A stretch of 58,253 nt of DNA, filler included, from Asterionella formosa (lineage: Eukaryota): NCBI GenBank assembly GCA_002256025.1. It is 8 parts of 8 records of this genome, joined end to end, with 100 filler letters (N's around TTAATTAATTAA, not from the genome) between each part and the next. Parts side by side here need not be neighbours in the genome. Positions count along the whole stretch, not along the records: positions 21,908 to 29,103 come from NKIB01012504.1; positions 29,204 to 36,394 come from NKIB01012505.1; 6 more parts are not named here. The stretch is one strand, 5' to 3'. The notes under the pieces are model-generated. The model did not search any database. It saw only the letters and a list, made by a program, of their open reading frames with translations, and was not told the origin of the DNA. Each line of letters opens with the position of its first letter. Position 1 is the first letter of the stretch. A program made the translations under genes and the position numbers. This document shows positions 23,732 to 35,720 of the stretch, piece by piece.

Positions 23732-25522
23732 TTAAGGTTGCTGCATTTGAACCCCTAGCTCGAGGTAGGGTTAATAAAATATTATTGAGTCACACTAATC
23801 AAACTCGTACTTTTCACATATGAATCAAATATGTACAACTCTCAACGGAGCTTTCACCAATAGACACCCTTTCCATATGCTTAATAACAGTCTTCTGAAA
23901 AATTAGGGGTAGAGGTCAACTCTATATCGTCAGGATATAGGATCTGTCGAGAAAGTGCAGAAAAGGAACTTCGGTTTTGTAACTATTCTGAAAATCGTGG
24001 ATTTTACCGGGCCAAATCGTTTTTTTGGTCTAGTAAAAAAACCGGGGGGGGGGGAAGTTCCTTTCTGCACTTTCTCGCCGAAAGATAACTTCTGGGGCTA
24101 TAAAATATCACCTATGTACTTAACTCTTCTTCAAACCCTGCCAACGTTGGGGTTTTGTCGTCCAATAATTTTACAAAATCGGCCTTTTCAACGATCTAAA
24201 GAATGTCAGAATCAGAATCACTAATCACCGAAACGTCATCATCGGAATAAGAGTCTCGTGATTCAATTTTTCGTCCTACAATCTCCTGTACGAAAAACTC
24301 CATTGTAAGTACCCGCATCTCAAAAAAATTTGATTGGTAAAGTTCAATTACTTACCAACATTTGATTGGCCCGGTTTGCGCAGTCTTGCAAAGCCACGCT
24401 GGCCACACTGAACGCACACGTAACATTTTCTTGGGTGTTGGCTGGTACAATATCAACAGTAGTTTGTTGATCATCAGTGATCGTACGCATTGTAGTACTA
24501 GTACTAGAATGCACTTTGCCTGCATTAAATGGACAGAGTGTGCTGATTCTATTTTGATGATCATTGCGGCCACAATGATTGCAGACATTCATTCCTTTTT
24601 GTCTTGTTTCCTGATGTTCCCCTCTTAACGCAACACCAGAACCGGAAGTCTTACCTGAATTGTTGTCTTGCCTTTCTTGTTTGACTGTTTCAAATCGTGC
24701 TGCATGTATTTTTTCGTTTCGTTTCCTCTTTCTTCTGAATTGCGCTTTGTAGGCTCCATCGTCACTTCCTTGCTTCTCCTTGAGTCTCCAGAAGGATTCT
24801 AGCAGTGCTGACATCTGCATTCCACATTGCTCGCATACATCCCTTGTGTATTGCTTGTGTTGCCCCGCAACCGAAGCCACTCGATATTGAAGGCCTCCGG
24901 ATCCCGCAAACACCTTGTTTTTCGGACATCGTCACAACAATGCATTGTTCATTGCCTCATTAATCTGCGTGTCAAAGGGATGATGCAATGATAGCAGTTT
25001 TTCGCCTTCGACTTTCGTTGAAACATGCAACATCAACCATTCGTATAAATTTTTTCCTTTTCCTTGTCATGATATTTCCCGTTACTAACCATTTTTCCTG
25101 CTTTTACAGGGAACCATGTTTCAGAGCGGTAATCATGGCAGCCAAATAAATGATTTTTTAATCCTTTCAATGTTCTTGGCCATTGGAAGGATGGCTGTAG
25201 TTTCAATAACTCCTTATAGGACCATTTAGAAACAGCTCTAATAGTAGAATCATCATCGCAGATGATTGTAGAGTAGATAACATTGTTTTTCATAACTGCA
25301 TCAATCATCATTTCCACACCGGCGTCTGGATCCATTGCCTTCAAACTACCAGTTACATGATTCTTGGGACAAACATTTTCCTTGGTTGGTTTCTTGTACC
25401 ATATAGCCCTGTTGCACACATTGCACTCATGGTGGATTGTTGCGTTTTCGGTTATTAGTCATCAACAAATATTTGCCATGCCACCGGGTCGAATGACACA
25501 TAACATGTTGATTGTAGTAAAG

Positions 25523-25524
<2 letters not shown>

Positions 25525-25616
<92 letters not shown>
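25525..25616. repeat. (TA)n microsatellite, ~46 units
   Basis: Directly visible. Confidence 0.98.
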
Positions 25617-25620
<4 letters not shown>

Positions 25621-25626
25621 GAGCTA

Positions 25627-25842
25627 GGGGAATAGCAAAGTTGGTTAGCTCACCTTCCAAGGTGGTGGGTTCGATTCCCGCATTCTCCACCTGCTTTGTT
25701 TACGTAGTCCCTTGGGTTCCGGGTGATGAGGCAGACAACAAGCAGATCTAAGGCCCTCTGAGGGGCAAAGTGAGACTACACAACCTCCACAATTGTCGAG
25801 TTCTTTAATAATAGCGTACTATAAAATGTACTTAATAATTAT
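25627..25842 (+). mobile_element. tRNA-derived SINE (216 bp) with a 16-bp TSD
   Basis: Head GGGGAATAGCAAAGTTGG (A box) ... GGTTCGATTCC (B box, 25668-25678) ... ATTCTCCA, and an AT-rich tail. TATATACATCGAGCTA is repeated exactly at 25611-25626 and 25843-25858. Confidence 0.85.
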
Positions 25843-28744
25843 TATATACATCGAGCTATGTAGACTGCATATATATATTTAGCGAATTCGAAAAGGAATC
25901 TATGTAAATATTCGCGAATTTCCACTGATTTAAATATTTCAAATGGAATCATGTCATTCAAAATTATTCCATAGAAATTCATAGTTCCAGGGAGTTTCGG
26001 CAACCCTACTATCGTGCGTTGCATGAGTGCTTCTGATAAGCGCTGAAGGAAACTCTCTCGAGTCGGCGTTGCTTTGACGTAGTGCGAGTTTAATTTGCTT
26101 ATTTTACATTGACAATGCGCACTTACTTCAGCCTACAGCGGCGATGTTTATGGTTGCGTCATTTTGGTGCATAAGGATGGCGAAAACTCTTTTCGCTGTC
26201 ATTTCTTGGCCGATTCATACCTTCTCCGCATATGTACCATACGTACTTGAGTTGTCTTTCGCAATGATTTATCCTCTAAAACAATTTTATCTTGAACTTT
26301 TAAAATATGTAGTTGTAACATCAACTAGTTTTGTCTTGGAAATCACTGTATGATTCTGAACCATCACATGAAAACCTGAAAGAGAAGTCTTGTTCACTAT
26401 AATAGTTCATATTATTAACGTGAAGTGCACAACTATAAACTGTAGTTTGTCCATGCATGAAATAAGACACCACAAATATCCTTCCTACTATTTCACAAAT
26501 AAAGATGCATGTAGTAAATAAATTAGCCACAAGAGCAGGATATTAGTTGAACTTTGAACTGAATTATTTGAAATATCAACTAATTCAGTCTCGAGTTCAA
26601 AGTTCATTGTGAAAACTTCACATGAAACCGTTAAAAGTAACCTTTTTTACGGGAAGAGTGGCATTAATTCATGTCAAGTACCCCATCATTAACACTCCTA
26701 CGTAAATGAAATTTCGAAAAGTGGCGTATTTCGCGGCTTAGATGTAAGCAATATTTTAATTTTTGCCTATGGGTTCAAATGCAGGAACCTTAACATAGAT
26801 TTGTAAATGTCAATTTTAGCTCACTATAACCCATTATATAAAATATATTTCGTATATTCCTATCTTTCACATCGAAAATTGCAATGGGTCCGATATTGCC
26901 CATCATTAATTTTTTTTTATATTGCCTATGTTCGCATTTTGGCGTTACGATTTGTAGCAATTGCCCCTCGGTTTTCCAGCCCTGGGAATGCCAAAACTGG
27001 CAAGGGGTCTCCTTAAGGAAACCATTTTATTTACTCTACAGATTTTAATAATTTATATCTAGAATTCACCTTGTTTTTGTTCGTCGCCTGAAAAATGACT
27101 CCGGCAATTCACCTTACACCCTGACAATCATCGTCCAAAATGTCCAGTCTGAGCGAAATTAGTTCATTGATGACGCCAGCAGGGATTCGTTGTCGATTGG
27201 ATGCGGTCGGTTTTTGGTTTGCTTGTCTTCTCTTGGGATTCATGTAGTCACATCGTCCATATTTCGTTGTACAAACGATGACATCGGTGCATATCTGAAG
27301 TTGGTGGCAAGTTTTTACTCCGGTCATGCATGTGATAATGCTTTACGGATATGCTGGTCATCTAGCCTACATACTTACATACGTGGTACTCAAAACAACC
27401 ATGCATGGTTTAAGCTAAACTTTAACGCTTACTTTGAACACGTTATAACATGTAAGCTGTTGACTCGGTATTATCTTTACGAGACCAGAATGTTAAATTA
27501 TATCGTTCAAATATTGATTGATTTTACATACCGTTTGCCCGATTTCGTCCTCACAATTATCCTTCTCACTCTATCCTGCCTGCCGTTGCTCTCAGCTTGG
27601 GTTCGCAACCGGAACCTTCCAATTTTCTTTTGATCCCATTGTCAGCTGTAGTATGTTATGCTAGCTAGAGCGGATCGGTGAGTACAACAGTGAAACAATG
27701 AATGTGGAATGTAGATACTTTTTGTCGAATTTCCGATTTAGTTGCTTCCATGGTCCGTTTTGATCGCTTGTTCCGCACTGTCGTTTTGTTTCTATTGTAT
27801 CTATCTACATAAGAACCAATGTATTTATCGAAGACTAATTTTTGAAGATGTATTGTCGTTGATTGTATTTGTTGATTTGTATAGTCGTTGACCAGCCATC
27901 ATGATGTCAATATTGCCGCCAAGCAATGCTTTTTTGTACTAACGCGCTTTGCTACATTTCTACTACGAGTTCGTATCACAAGCTACGTTTAAATATTCAG
28001 CTAGAGGGAGTCGATAGTGATGGATCTTCCTGGTGATCACGATCAATCAGAACAGATTGTAATGGAATGATCAGGGCTGTTTGATGGGAGGAACGACTGT
28101 GGATGGAAGGACTGCAAGCAACTTGGGTCAGGCTACTACAGCGATGTTCATGGTTACAGCAACCAGATCATCTGCGCTACATCACGATGCAGATTTTAAT
28201 TGTGTTGAGCTTTCTTCTTCTCATCTGTTTCATTTCGCTCTTCGATGGTGTGGTGGAAAGTCATTGTTGCCTGTGTAAGTGCTACAATGCATATGTCTCA
28301 TCTGAAACTCCTATTTTTTACTGTCACTAACCCAATACAATTTTTTCAATTTCTCATTTGATGCTACTTATTACATCGCATTTAATACGTTGGTTGCTCC
28401 AAACATCATGTTCAATTTTCATTGATATTGCATGTTACAATTATTCTCGTGTGTTTGATGCATGTTTTACTATTTCTATATATACCGTATTACCGTTATT
28501 CTGGCTGTCTTGCTAAAATTGGCAATTTAAATGCCGAAAAATCCGATGTACCCCATATTGCCCCTAAATAAAAATTACTTAAGAAAATACTTAGAGACTA
28601 AAAATTACTTAGAAGTACCCGAATGGCAAGACGATAGCTGGAGCGGGAATTGCTGGCACAATGCAAACTGCAGACATATTCTCGTGCAATGCTGCTTCCC
28701 TCTTCTGATGATTTCCTCAATGTTCGACATCGTCATCCCTAACA

Positions 28745-29103
28745 ATGACGGATGATGAAAGGGAAACCGTAGTCTTCGCACCATCACATGATGGTCAGGC
28801 AGCTGAGAACCCTCAAGATGCTCCTCAAGTGGAAGACGAAGCGCGCGCATCAGTGCAACTAACTCAGGTTGTCTCGGACGATCTTCTGAAAGTATCCCAA
28901 CATCCTAACTTGCAACATGATATTTCCTTCCATCCTGGAAAAATTCACTTTTACCTAGCCCCTCAGCAACGTCAAACTTGGGGAGATTCACAAGTTCTGC
29001 CGAGAGTCAATTGGGGAGATGTGTTCTTCGATTTATTTTATGTCGCTGCTGCCTATAATTTTGGAAATATACTGCACCACTCGCCAAGTGCTTCGGGCGT
29101 GTT
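28745..29103 (+). CDS. LtrA-like (low temperature requirement A) membrane protein, 5' part
   Basis: RVNWGDVFFDLFYVAA resembles the LtrA W.ELFFDLVFV motif. Truncated by the scaffold end. Confidence 0.65.
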
Positions 29104-29203
29104 NNNNNNNNNNNNNNNNNNNNNNNNNNNNNNNNNNNNNNNNNNNNTTAATTAATTAANNNNNNNNNNNNNNNNNNNNNNNNNNNNNNNNNNNNNNNNN
29201 NNN
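29104..29203. other. Artificial scaffold-joining linker
   Basis: N44-TTAATTAATTAA-N44. Confidence 0.97.
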
Positions 29204-29226
29204 CCATTTTCTGATGAGTGGTGATC

Positions 29227-30417
29227 ATGACGCCATCATATGCTCTTGGCCTCTTCTTCATTGCTTGTGTTACAATCATATGGAGCCTAGCTAGCATTGT
29301 TATTCAATTCCTGTACACGGTCAAGGATTTCAATTCTCCCTTTCTGCTAACTTACATCGGAACGACACTCTTTACTCTCTTTCTTCCCACACGGCTGTTA
29401 TGGGAACGCGCGCCTTGTTGTCGAGCTGCGAATGGACATGTGGTTGTTCCATGGAGAACAGACAATGTTTATCACAACATTCCATCAACAGTCCCCAATG
29501 CCATTGCTGACAGCGATCATACTACTACCACTACTACTTCATGTTGCACTACAACTACCGGTACTTCCCAACCGACCCAACGACTGCAACATGATGTACC
29601 ACAGAACGAACCACCTCGCATACTGTCACACCAGCAACACTGTATCATTGCACTCAAAATTGCTCCCGTATGGTTCATTGGCAATTGGGCCTACAACTCA
29701 TCTCTTGCCACAACGAGCATTACGTCATCGACCGTCTTGGCATCGACAGGAAGTCTATTCACGTTTTTATTTGCAGTCTCTTGTGGTGACGAGAAATTTA
29801 CAATGCTGAAACTCGTGGGAGTGTTATTGGGAGTCGGAGGTAGTATAATAACGGGATGGAAGGATACCGAGTCATCCACAGGCCAGGACGCCGTGTGGGG
29901 TGACGCCCTAGGACTCGCGTCGGCTGTGGGCTACGGAACGTACACGGTCATGATTCGAGTGCTGTGTCCAAAAGACGAACGTGCCATGTCAATGCAACTT
30001 TTGTTGGGATACATTGGACTTTGGAATGCAGTGATCCTGTCCCCCATTGCCGCCTATATTGTGCTACAGCAAAGAAGCGCTGCGACATCATTAACTTTAG
30101 TGGTGCTGGGATATCTAGTGGCACAGGGATTGCTAGATAATGTACTGAGTGACTATCTGTGGGCGAGAGCCGTGATACTCACGTCGGCAACGGTGGCAAC
30201 AGTGGGACTTGGACTAACCATTCCTCTGGCGTTTGTATCCGACTGGATGTTGGGACATGGAGATGTAAAGTCTGCGGCTTCCATCGTTGGAGCACTGGCA
30301 GTACTCGCAGGCTTTGTTGTTGTTAATTTAGAGGGTGTACAGCAAGACAATCACTTACAGGATGAAAGCGACGAGGAGTTGGAAGAGATACCGGTAGATA
30401 ATTATGGTCTAGAATAA
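29227..30417 (+). CDS. DMT/EamA superfamily transporter, SLC35F5-like
   Basis: ~10 TM segments, with FNSPFLLTY, WFIGNWAYNSSLATTSITSSTVLAST, GDALGLASA and VLSDYLWARAVILTSATVATVGLGLTIPLA. Confidence 0.88.
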   Translation: MTPSYALGLFFIACVTIIWSLASIVIQFLYTVKDFNSPFLLTYIGTTLFTLFLPTRLLWERAPCCRAANGHVVVPWRTDNVYHNIPSTVPNAIADSDHTTTTTTSCCTTTTGTSQPTQRLQHDVPQNEPPRILSHQQHCIIALKIAPVWFIGNWAYNSSLATTSITSSTVLASTGSLFTFLFAVSCGDEKFTMLKLVGVLLGVGGSIITGWKDTESSTGQDAVWGDALGLASAVGYGTYTVMIRVLCPKDERAMSMQLLLGYIGLWNAVILSPIAAYIVLQQRSAATSLTLVVLGYLVAQGLLDNVLSDYLWARAVILTSATVATVGLGLTIPLAFVSDWMLGHGDVKSAASIVGALAVLAGFVVVNLEGVQQDNHLQDESDEELEEIPVDNYGLE

Positions 30418-30722
30418 CGCCATGGAATGTGTAAAAAGTAGACATACCTATAAAGGACCTATAAAGGAAGAAACCATCACTGGGAATGAAGTTGGTCAAT
30501 GCACAGTACCTTGTTCTTGACTTGGCGACGCGGGAATATAACATTCGTACTAAAGATGGCCAGATGCGGTAGGCGCCACGGGCTCATTTGCTACAATGTC
30601 CAGCACCAGGCAGTGAGTCCTCAAGTGGCATGCCCCACCCCCCTCTGATCAACTAAATATCAAGCGGGGATTTATTTGACACAGGCCATTTCACATTCCA
30701 AAAAAATGAGTGACTTATAATA

Positions 30723-31820
30723 CTAACAGCTTGTCAGGTTCTGTTCCAGAGACGACTCGGCGGCTGCAAGTTGAAAGCCTAGGCATTTCAGTACATCCCA
30801 TGATTCCGACGAAAAGTACCAGCAGTATACTTGGTAGAGCTCCTCATCAGTAGAAGGAATATCGACATGACACCTTGAAAACAATACCTTGAGACAATCG
30901 TGAACACTCACTTCACCAGGCTCGGCGCCCTTTGCAATAAGATATGCAACTTCATCTAGTATTGGAAGTAATTTGTTGTCCGTACAACAATTGTCATGGT
31001 CAAGTGCATGGCGGATGCTATCTGAAAGAAATTGTCGGAGGATGCTGGTCATCTCGGATTGTAACGTTGGATCGCGTTCAAGTGCCATGTCAACTTGTTG
31101 TTCCTTCGTCATGCAAAATGTATGGACAGAGCATTCCAAGCCAGCAATTTGCCTTGGAGGAAAGCATTGACAAACCATTTTGCAAAATCCACAGCCGTCC
31201 AAAGTATGGTGTGGATATCGGCGATCGACACCCAAACAATGTGTTCCAACAGTCCCAACCGACAAGTTCGAATTGCAGCAAGTACTGCAAGATGTAGGTC
31301 CATCGAGATATAGCCCACCCACAATGAGATTTTCGGGAAATGAGCCGTCCTTGTAGGCATAGCAGATACTTTCAAAAAGGCTCAGCAACAGAGCACGACG
31401 ACCAAGATCGCGATCGTCCAGTGTTATTAAACACCATGGAATGGCATAGTCACGAAAACTTCGGATTGGGTCCTGTTCATATCCAAGTCGTCCGATCCAC
31501 GCATATTGAAGTAATGAGGAGGAAATTTTTTGCACAAATGGGACGAATCGGGTCACAGTAAAATGATCATACGAGCCTTCGATCTCGCTGTAAGATTCGA
31601 GAGTGTATATATAGATTTTCTCCACGCTACGAAATTGTCCCATGAGTTGTGCACTGCATAAAAGCATGTGATGCGTCGTGACAAGTAAATGAGTCGTTGA
31701 CCTTAGTACGCGACGACGAAGATCTTTATTGACAGCAGACAAATGAAGGACTTCGTCCATCGGCATGTGCATCGTCACAATCGCCAAAAGTTCATTTGGG
31801 ATGTCGGCAAAAAAATCCAT
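30723..31820 (-). CDS. F-box-like domain protein with a Cys-rich middle region
   Basis: N-terminal FADIPNELLAIVTMHMPMDEVLHLSAVNKDLRR fits the F-box pattern. Single ~365-aa ORF. Confidence 0.6.
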   Translation of the reverse strand: MDFFADIPNELLAIVTMHMPMDEVLHLSAVNKDLRRRVLRSTTHLLVTTHHMLLCSAQLMGQFRSVEKIYIYTLESYSEIEGSYDHFTVTRFVPFVQKISSSLLQYAWIGRLGYEQDPIRSFRDYAIPWCLITLDDRDLGRRALLLSLFESICYAYKDGSFPENLIVGGLYLDGPTSCSTCCNSNLSVGTVGTHCLGVDRRYPHHTLDGCGFCKMVCQCFPPRQIAGLECSVHTFCMTKEQQVDMALERDPTLQSEMTSILRQFLSDSIRHALDHDNCCTDNKLLPILDEVAYLIAKGAEPGEVSVHDCLKVLFSRCHVDIPSTDEELYQVYCWYFSSESWDVLKCLGFQLAAAESSLEQNLTSC

Positions 31821-32171
31821 TTTCAAATGTTACTACAAGCGAAGTGAGGTGAGTGAGGGTGAGGCAGAGGCGAGATGATACTGGGAATACTGTACTCCGA
31901 ATGTCCTGACGGGAGTCGAGAGTCGATGACCCCGCGGGGACCAATTTTTCTCGTTTCTGGGATTGAAATGAAATATATGAACAAAGCAAAGGTTCGCTCA
32001 TGTCTCATGATGGTAAAATCCGCTTTTAACAGTATGTGCTGCACCCCTTGAAGAAGATTCCATTACTCACACTCTCCTTCAAGTAGTAATCCCTTGTGTC
32101 GCGATATTTTTCCACGTGAAATGAAGGTTGGATAATGGGAAAAGTCGAATGATTTTACTCTATCGCTTGCA

Positions 32172-32605
32172 CTAAGGAAAGGCAATTTCCTTGCCGGACA
32201 GTCTCCAGTGGTAATGCGACAAAATGTTTCTGATTGTAAAGCACTTTTTCGAAAGTTTGGCCTTCTGGCCTACCAGTAAAACATGTCCATTTTCGCAGAA
32301 TACAACTTTGACTTGGAGAGCCTTTGCTAATTCCTGTAAATTTTCAAGTCCTCGGCTGTTTGAATCGTTGAAAGGGATAGTCTTTAACAGTTCAACAGCA
32401 TTCATATTGCCAAGATCTTCCACAATGACTTTCTTGAGTGTCGCGGACACAAGTTTAGTCCAGGAATCGCAATTGTCGTCAGAGGTGATGCAAAGTCGAG
32501 TATCACACAAACAAAAGTTGATCAAAGGATACTTCCGACGCTGTGTAGGTATCCAAAAGGAATCCAACCAGGCTGCTAATCCAATGGCCACTTGCGCTGA
32601 CTTTT
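32172..32605 (-). CDS. C-terminal part of an uncharacterised protein (5' part lost in the gap)
   Basis: Open ~143 codons up to the N run, with globular composition. Confidence 0.5.
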
Positions 32606-33017
32606 NNNNNNNNNNNNNNNNNNNNNNNNNNNNNNNNNNNNNNNNNNNNNNNNNNNNNNNNNNNNNNNNNNNNNNNNNNNNNNNNNNNNNNNNNNNNNNN
32701 NNNNNNNNNNNNNNNNNNNNNNNNNNNNNNNNNNNNNNNNNNNNNNNNNNNNNNNNNNNNNNNNNNNNNNNNNNNNNNNNNNNNNNNNNNNNNNNNNNNN
32801 NNNNNNNNNNNNNNNNNNNNNNNNNNNNNNNNNNNNNNNNNNNNNNNNNNNNNNNNNNNNNNNNNNNNNNNNNNNNNNNNNNNNNNNNNNNNNNNNNNNN
32901 NNNNNNNNNNNNNNNNNNNNNNNNNNNNNNNNNNNNNNNNNNNNNNNNNNNNNNNNNNNNNNNNNNNNNNNNNNNNNNNNNNNNNNNNNNNNNNNNNNNN
33001 NNNNNNNNNNNNNNNNT
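32606..33017. other. True intra-scaffold assembly gap (412 N)
   Basis: N run without the TTAATTAATTAA linker. Confidence 0.95.
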
Positions 33018-33299
33018 CATCCGACTAAAGGTAAATTCTATCGAATTTCGGACACATCTGTTGAGTAGTGTTGGAACAGCATCTATCAATCTACCTGTCA
33101 TGTTGAAATTCTAATTGAACGACTAGTACATCAGAAGATACGATGATAACAAAACAGCTAAGAAGTGATTTCAATGGGTCAAGGCAGTATATACTTTTTT
33201 CAACTTACATACTACATTTTCGAGAACGGATTAGGTCATGTGTTAATGCACTTTTATTTCATTATACCTTTTTACTAAAAACATATATATACATGATGC

Positions 33300-34480
33300 C
33301 GCACCTTCCACCATCATGATGTTCCTCCAACTTTCAAGTCCAATGTTCAGATCATTGCAATCCCATTGGCCACACCAGCATCGCCTGTATCTTCAGCAGC
33401 ATGCCAAGAATCAGGAAGCTGTGCAGCTGCAGCAAGTGCATTTCATGGAATCTGCACCCTGCAATGGCAAGGGTCGATGTACCTTCTTTGAATTTGTGAC
33501 TGGTGCATCACCTTCACGTTTATGCCAAATTACAAGAGTTCTGAGTTTAGTCACATTGTATGATTCAATCAGCTTTCCAGTTGCTCTCACAGCATCAACC
33601 TTGTACACCATTTTTTGAAATTGAATATTTGCTCGCTTTTTCTTTTCGTCTTGTGCAAGCTGTTGTATTTTCATAACTTTTTTGCATGATCCCAAAATTC
33701 TGGACCAATTCAATAATTACCAGCAGCAAAGTGTAGTTCCAGCAGTAATCCTTTCCTTGTGTTGATCTATTGCAGCCTGTGCTGTTTCCTTTCGTTTCCT
33801 TGCATGATCATCAGCATCGATTCCATTCATTCTTGCAAAAAGCAAAAAAAATTTCAGTCAATGAACCAGAATATCCATCTGTCTGATTCAGCATTTCAGG
33901 AGTTACATTCGAGTTGGTTGTTGTTCCAGCAAGAAGTGATGAATTGAGTTGCGTGCTTGTGCTCTGTATGTCCGCAGTGAGCAAAAGGTTATAGTTGAGA
34001 GGCTACCACCCTTGTTCTGAGACTGCTTTTCTTTTTGTTCTTTTATTTGCAATCCTTTTTTCCCAGGAAGTTGAAACAAGGGCAACAATGTCAGATTTCT
34101 CAATAGCAAATGGCAAATCATGTTCAGTCTTTTTGGTAAGTAGGTCTCGCTTTGCAACTGTCAGCCAGTTCCATTTTGAAACGTCCATTCTGCTCTGACA
34201 AATCTCCGACTTGCCAGTAGGAGGTTCCATAAGGGACACCTATATACACACTCCATGGGGTGCGTCAAAGGGCTGTTGATATAATCAAGAAAGGAGCAAT
34301 CAAATTGGGAGCCATGTCCATCTAGGATGAGGAAAGGGTTTATTCCCTCACTGCGGTCAAACAATTCCAAAGAATCCATTTGGGCCAACATTTTCACCAA
34401 CAGTTCTGCAGTAATGCTTCCTGATTCCGAACAACAACACAAAGTGGGCAAATTGTTTCCATTTAACGCACACACATGGG
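33300..34480 (-). pseudogene. pogo/DDE_1-type transposase remnant
   Basis: SESGSITAELLVKML..PFLILDGHGSQFD, PYGTSYWQVGD and WHKREGDAPV, with several frameshifts. Same family as 18619-19660. Confidence 0.8.
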
Positions 34481-35720
34481 GTTCCCTGGAACATCAATAG
34501 ATTGTTGACCACTCACTTAACAATATCAAAAGGGAAGCTAATGGGATCAATGTGAAAAAGTCGACAGATCATGGATCATTGTAAAATTGGATATTGACAA
34601 ATCATTGGCAACTGCAGAACACAGTTTTGTCTAATTGGAAGCATGGCTTCATTAATTTATTTTGAGTGGTCAATTTTTGGATTGATTTGGTGTATGCCAT
34701 TCCAGGTCAAGAGGTTCCTAGTATGCACAACACCAAGAACTAAGTTTGACTACTGAACTCAATAGCTCTTCTAGTAAATAATCAACATGTATCAATATTT
34801 TGCATTATACATGCCTACTAAGCATATCACTGGCCAATATCGTAGCACATACTAGACCAGCATCTATAGAAGCAATCTAATATGTTGATGGATGCAAAAT
34901 CCCCAACCATATATTCTAGCTTACCATCATTTGAAGTTTGGTACGAACGGTAGACTTACTACCTGGTCCACTGTCAAACACGATGATCAAACAATTGACC
35001 TGCGTGCGCGAAACAAGGGAAGCATGGAAACGAGGACATTATTTAGTTATATTTGAAATCTGCTTTCGACACACACTGTTATGACTACTTGAAGTTCCAA
35101 CATGGTACATGGTAGCATACCGGTAATCGTTTAGGGCATACGTCATTCCTTAACTAACTTCTGTTCAACAGTTTCCGTAGAACGCCATAGATGTAGCCAT
35201 ATTGAATGTTTAGAATATCATAGACATCACGAGGATATTCCATAAGCATCTACCCCTCCAAAAAAATTGAACATGTCATCAGTTTTCAAGAAAACCTCGT
35301 AGACATTATTTGTAATGACCATGACAAAAGCGTCCATATTGTGTACTTCAATTACACGAATAATACGAATCGAAGCACAAATACCGTAATCAAAGTACCT
35401 GGTACCAGGTTACCACGTGCACCTGGTACTCAACTGGTAACCCAAATACTCCGAGTACGATTCAGAGGTACAATTTGATACATCGACACCCTTCAAGTCG
35501 ATGTTAAGTTAGTGCAATACAACCTGGTACCAGGTACCGGTAGTGCGAATGTTTTATTCTTGCATACACCCCATTTTGTCAATTACAAAACCCTCCCGCC
35601 GGTGCAAACGAAATGGTCACTGGTATAACCTATGCCTTTCCTAATTCATTAAATAAAATATCGTTCATTATTGTCCTACCAGAAGTTTGCTCATTTTCAA
35701 CCTGTTAATAAATGTCCCAC

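Larger units (their letters stand above)
23736..26789 (-). mobile_element. Kolobok-type DNA transposon, decayed
   Basis: TTAA|GGTTGCTGCATTTGAACCC ... GGGTTCAAATGCAGGAACC|TTAA (19-bp TIR, 1 mismatch). Minus-strand transposase fragments read CPKNHVTGSLKAMD..IICDDDST, HPFDTQINEAMN and KVFAGSGGLQYRV, with a CxxCxxxxH knuckle. Confidence 0.85.

Noticed and set aside
25627..25689. Functional tRNA-Gly gene
   Set aside because: Only ~63 nt, with a defective D and anticodon stem and no variable loop or oligo-T terminator directly after it. It is bounded with its body by a TSD, so it fits a SINE head.
25364..25690. ORFs with poly-(IY)
   Set aside because: These are translations of the (TA)n microsatellite.
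25700..25790. Hammerhead or HDV-like ribozyme in the SINE body
   Set aside because: TGATGA is preceded by G rather than C and there is no properly placed GAAA. The HDV P1/P3/L3 elements could not be assigned.
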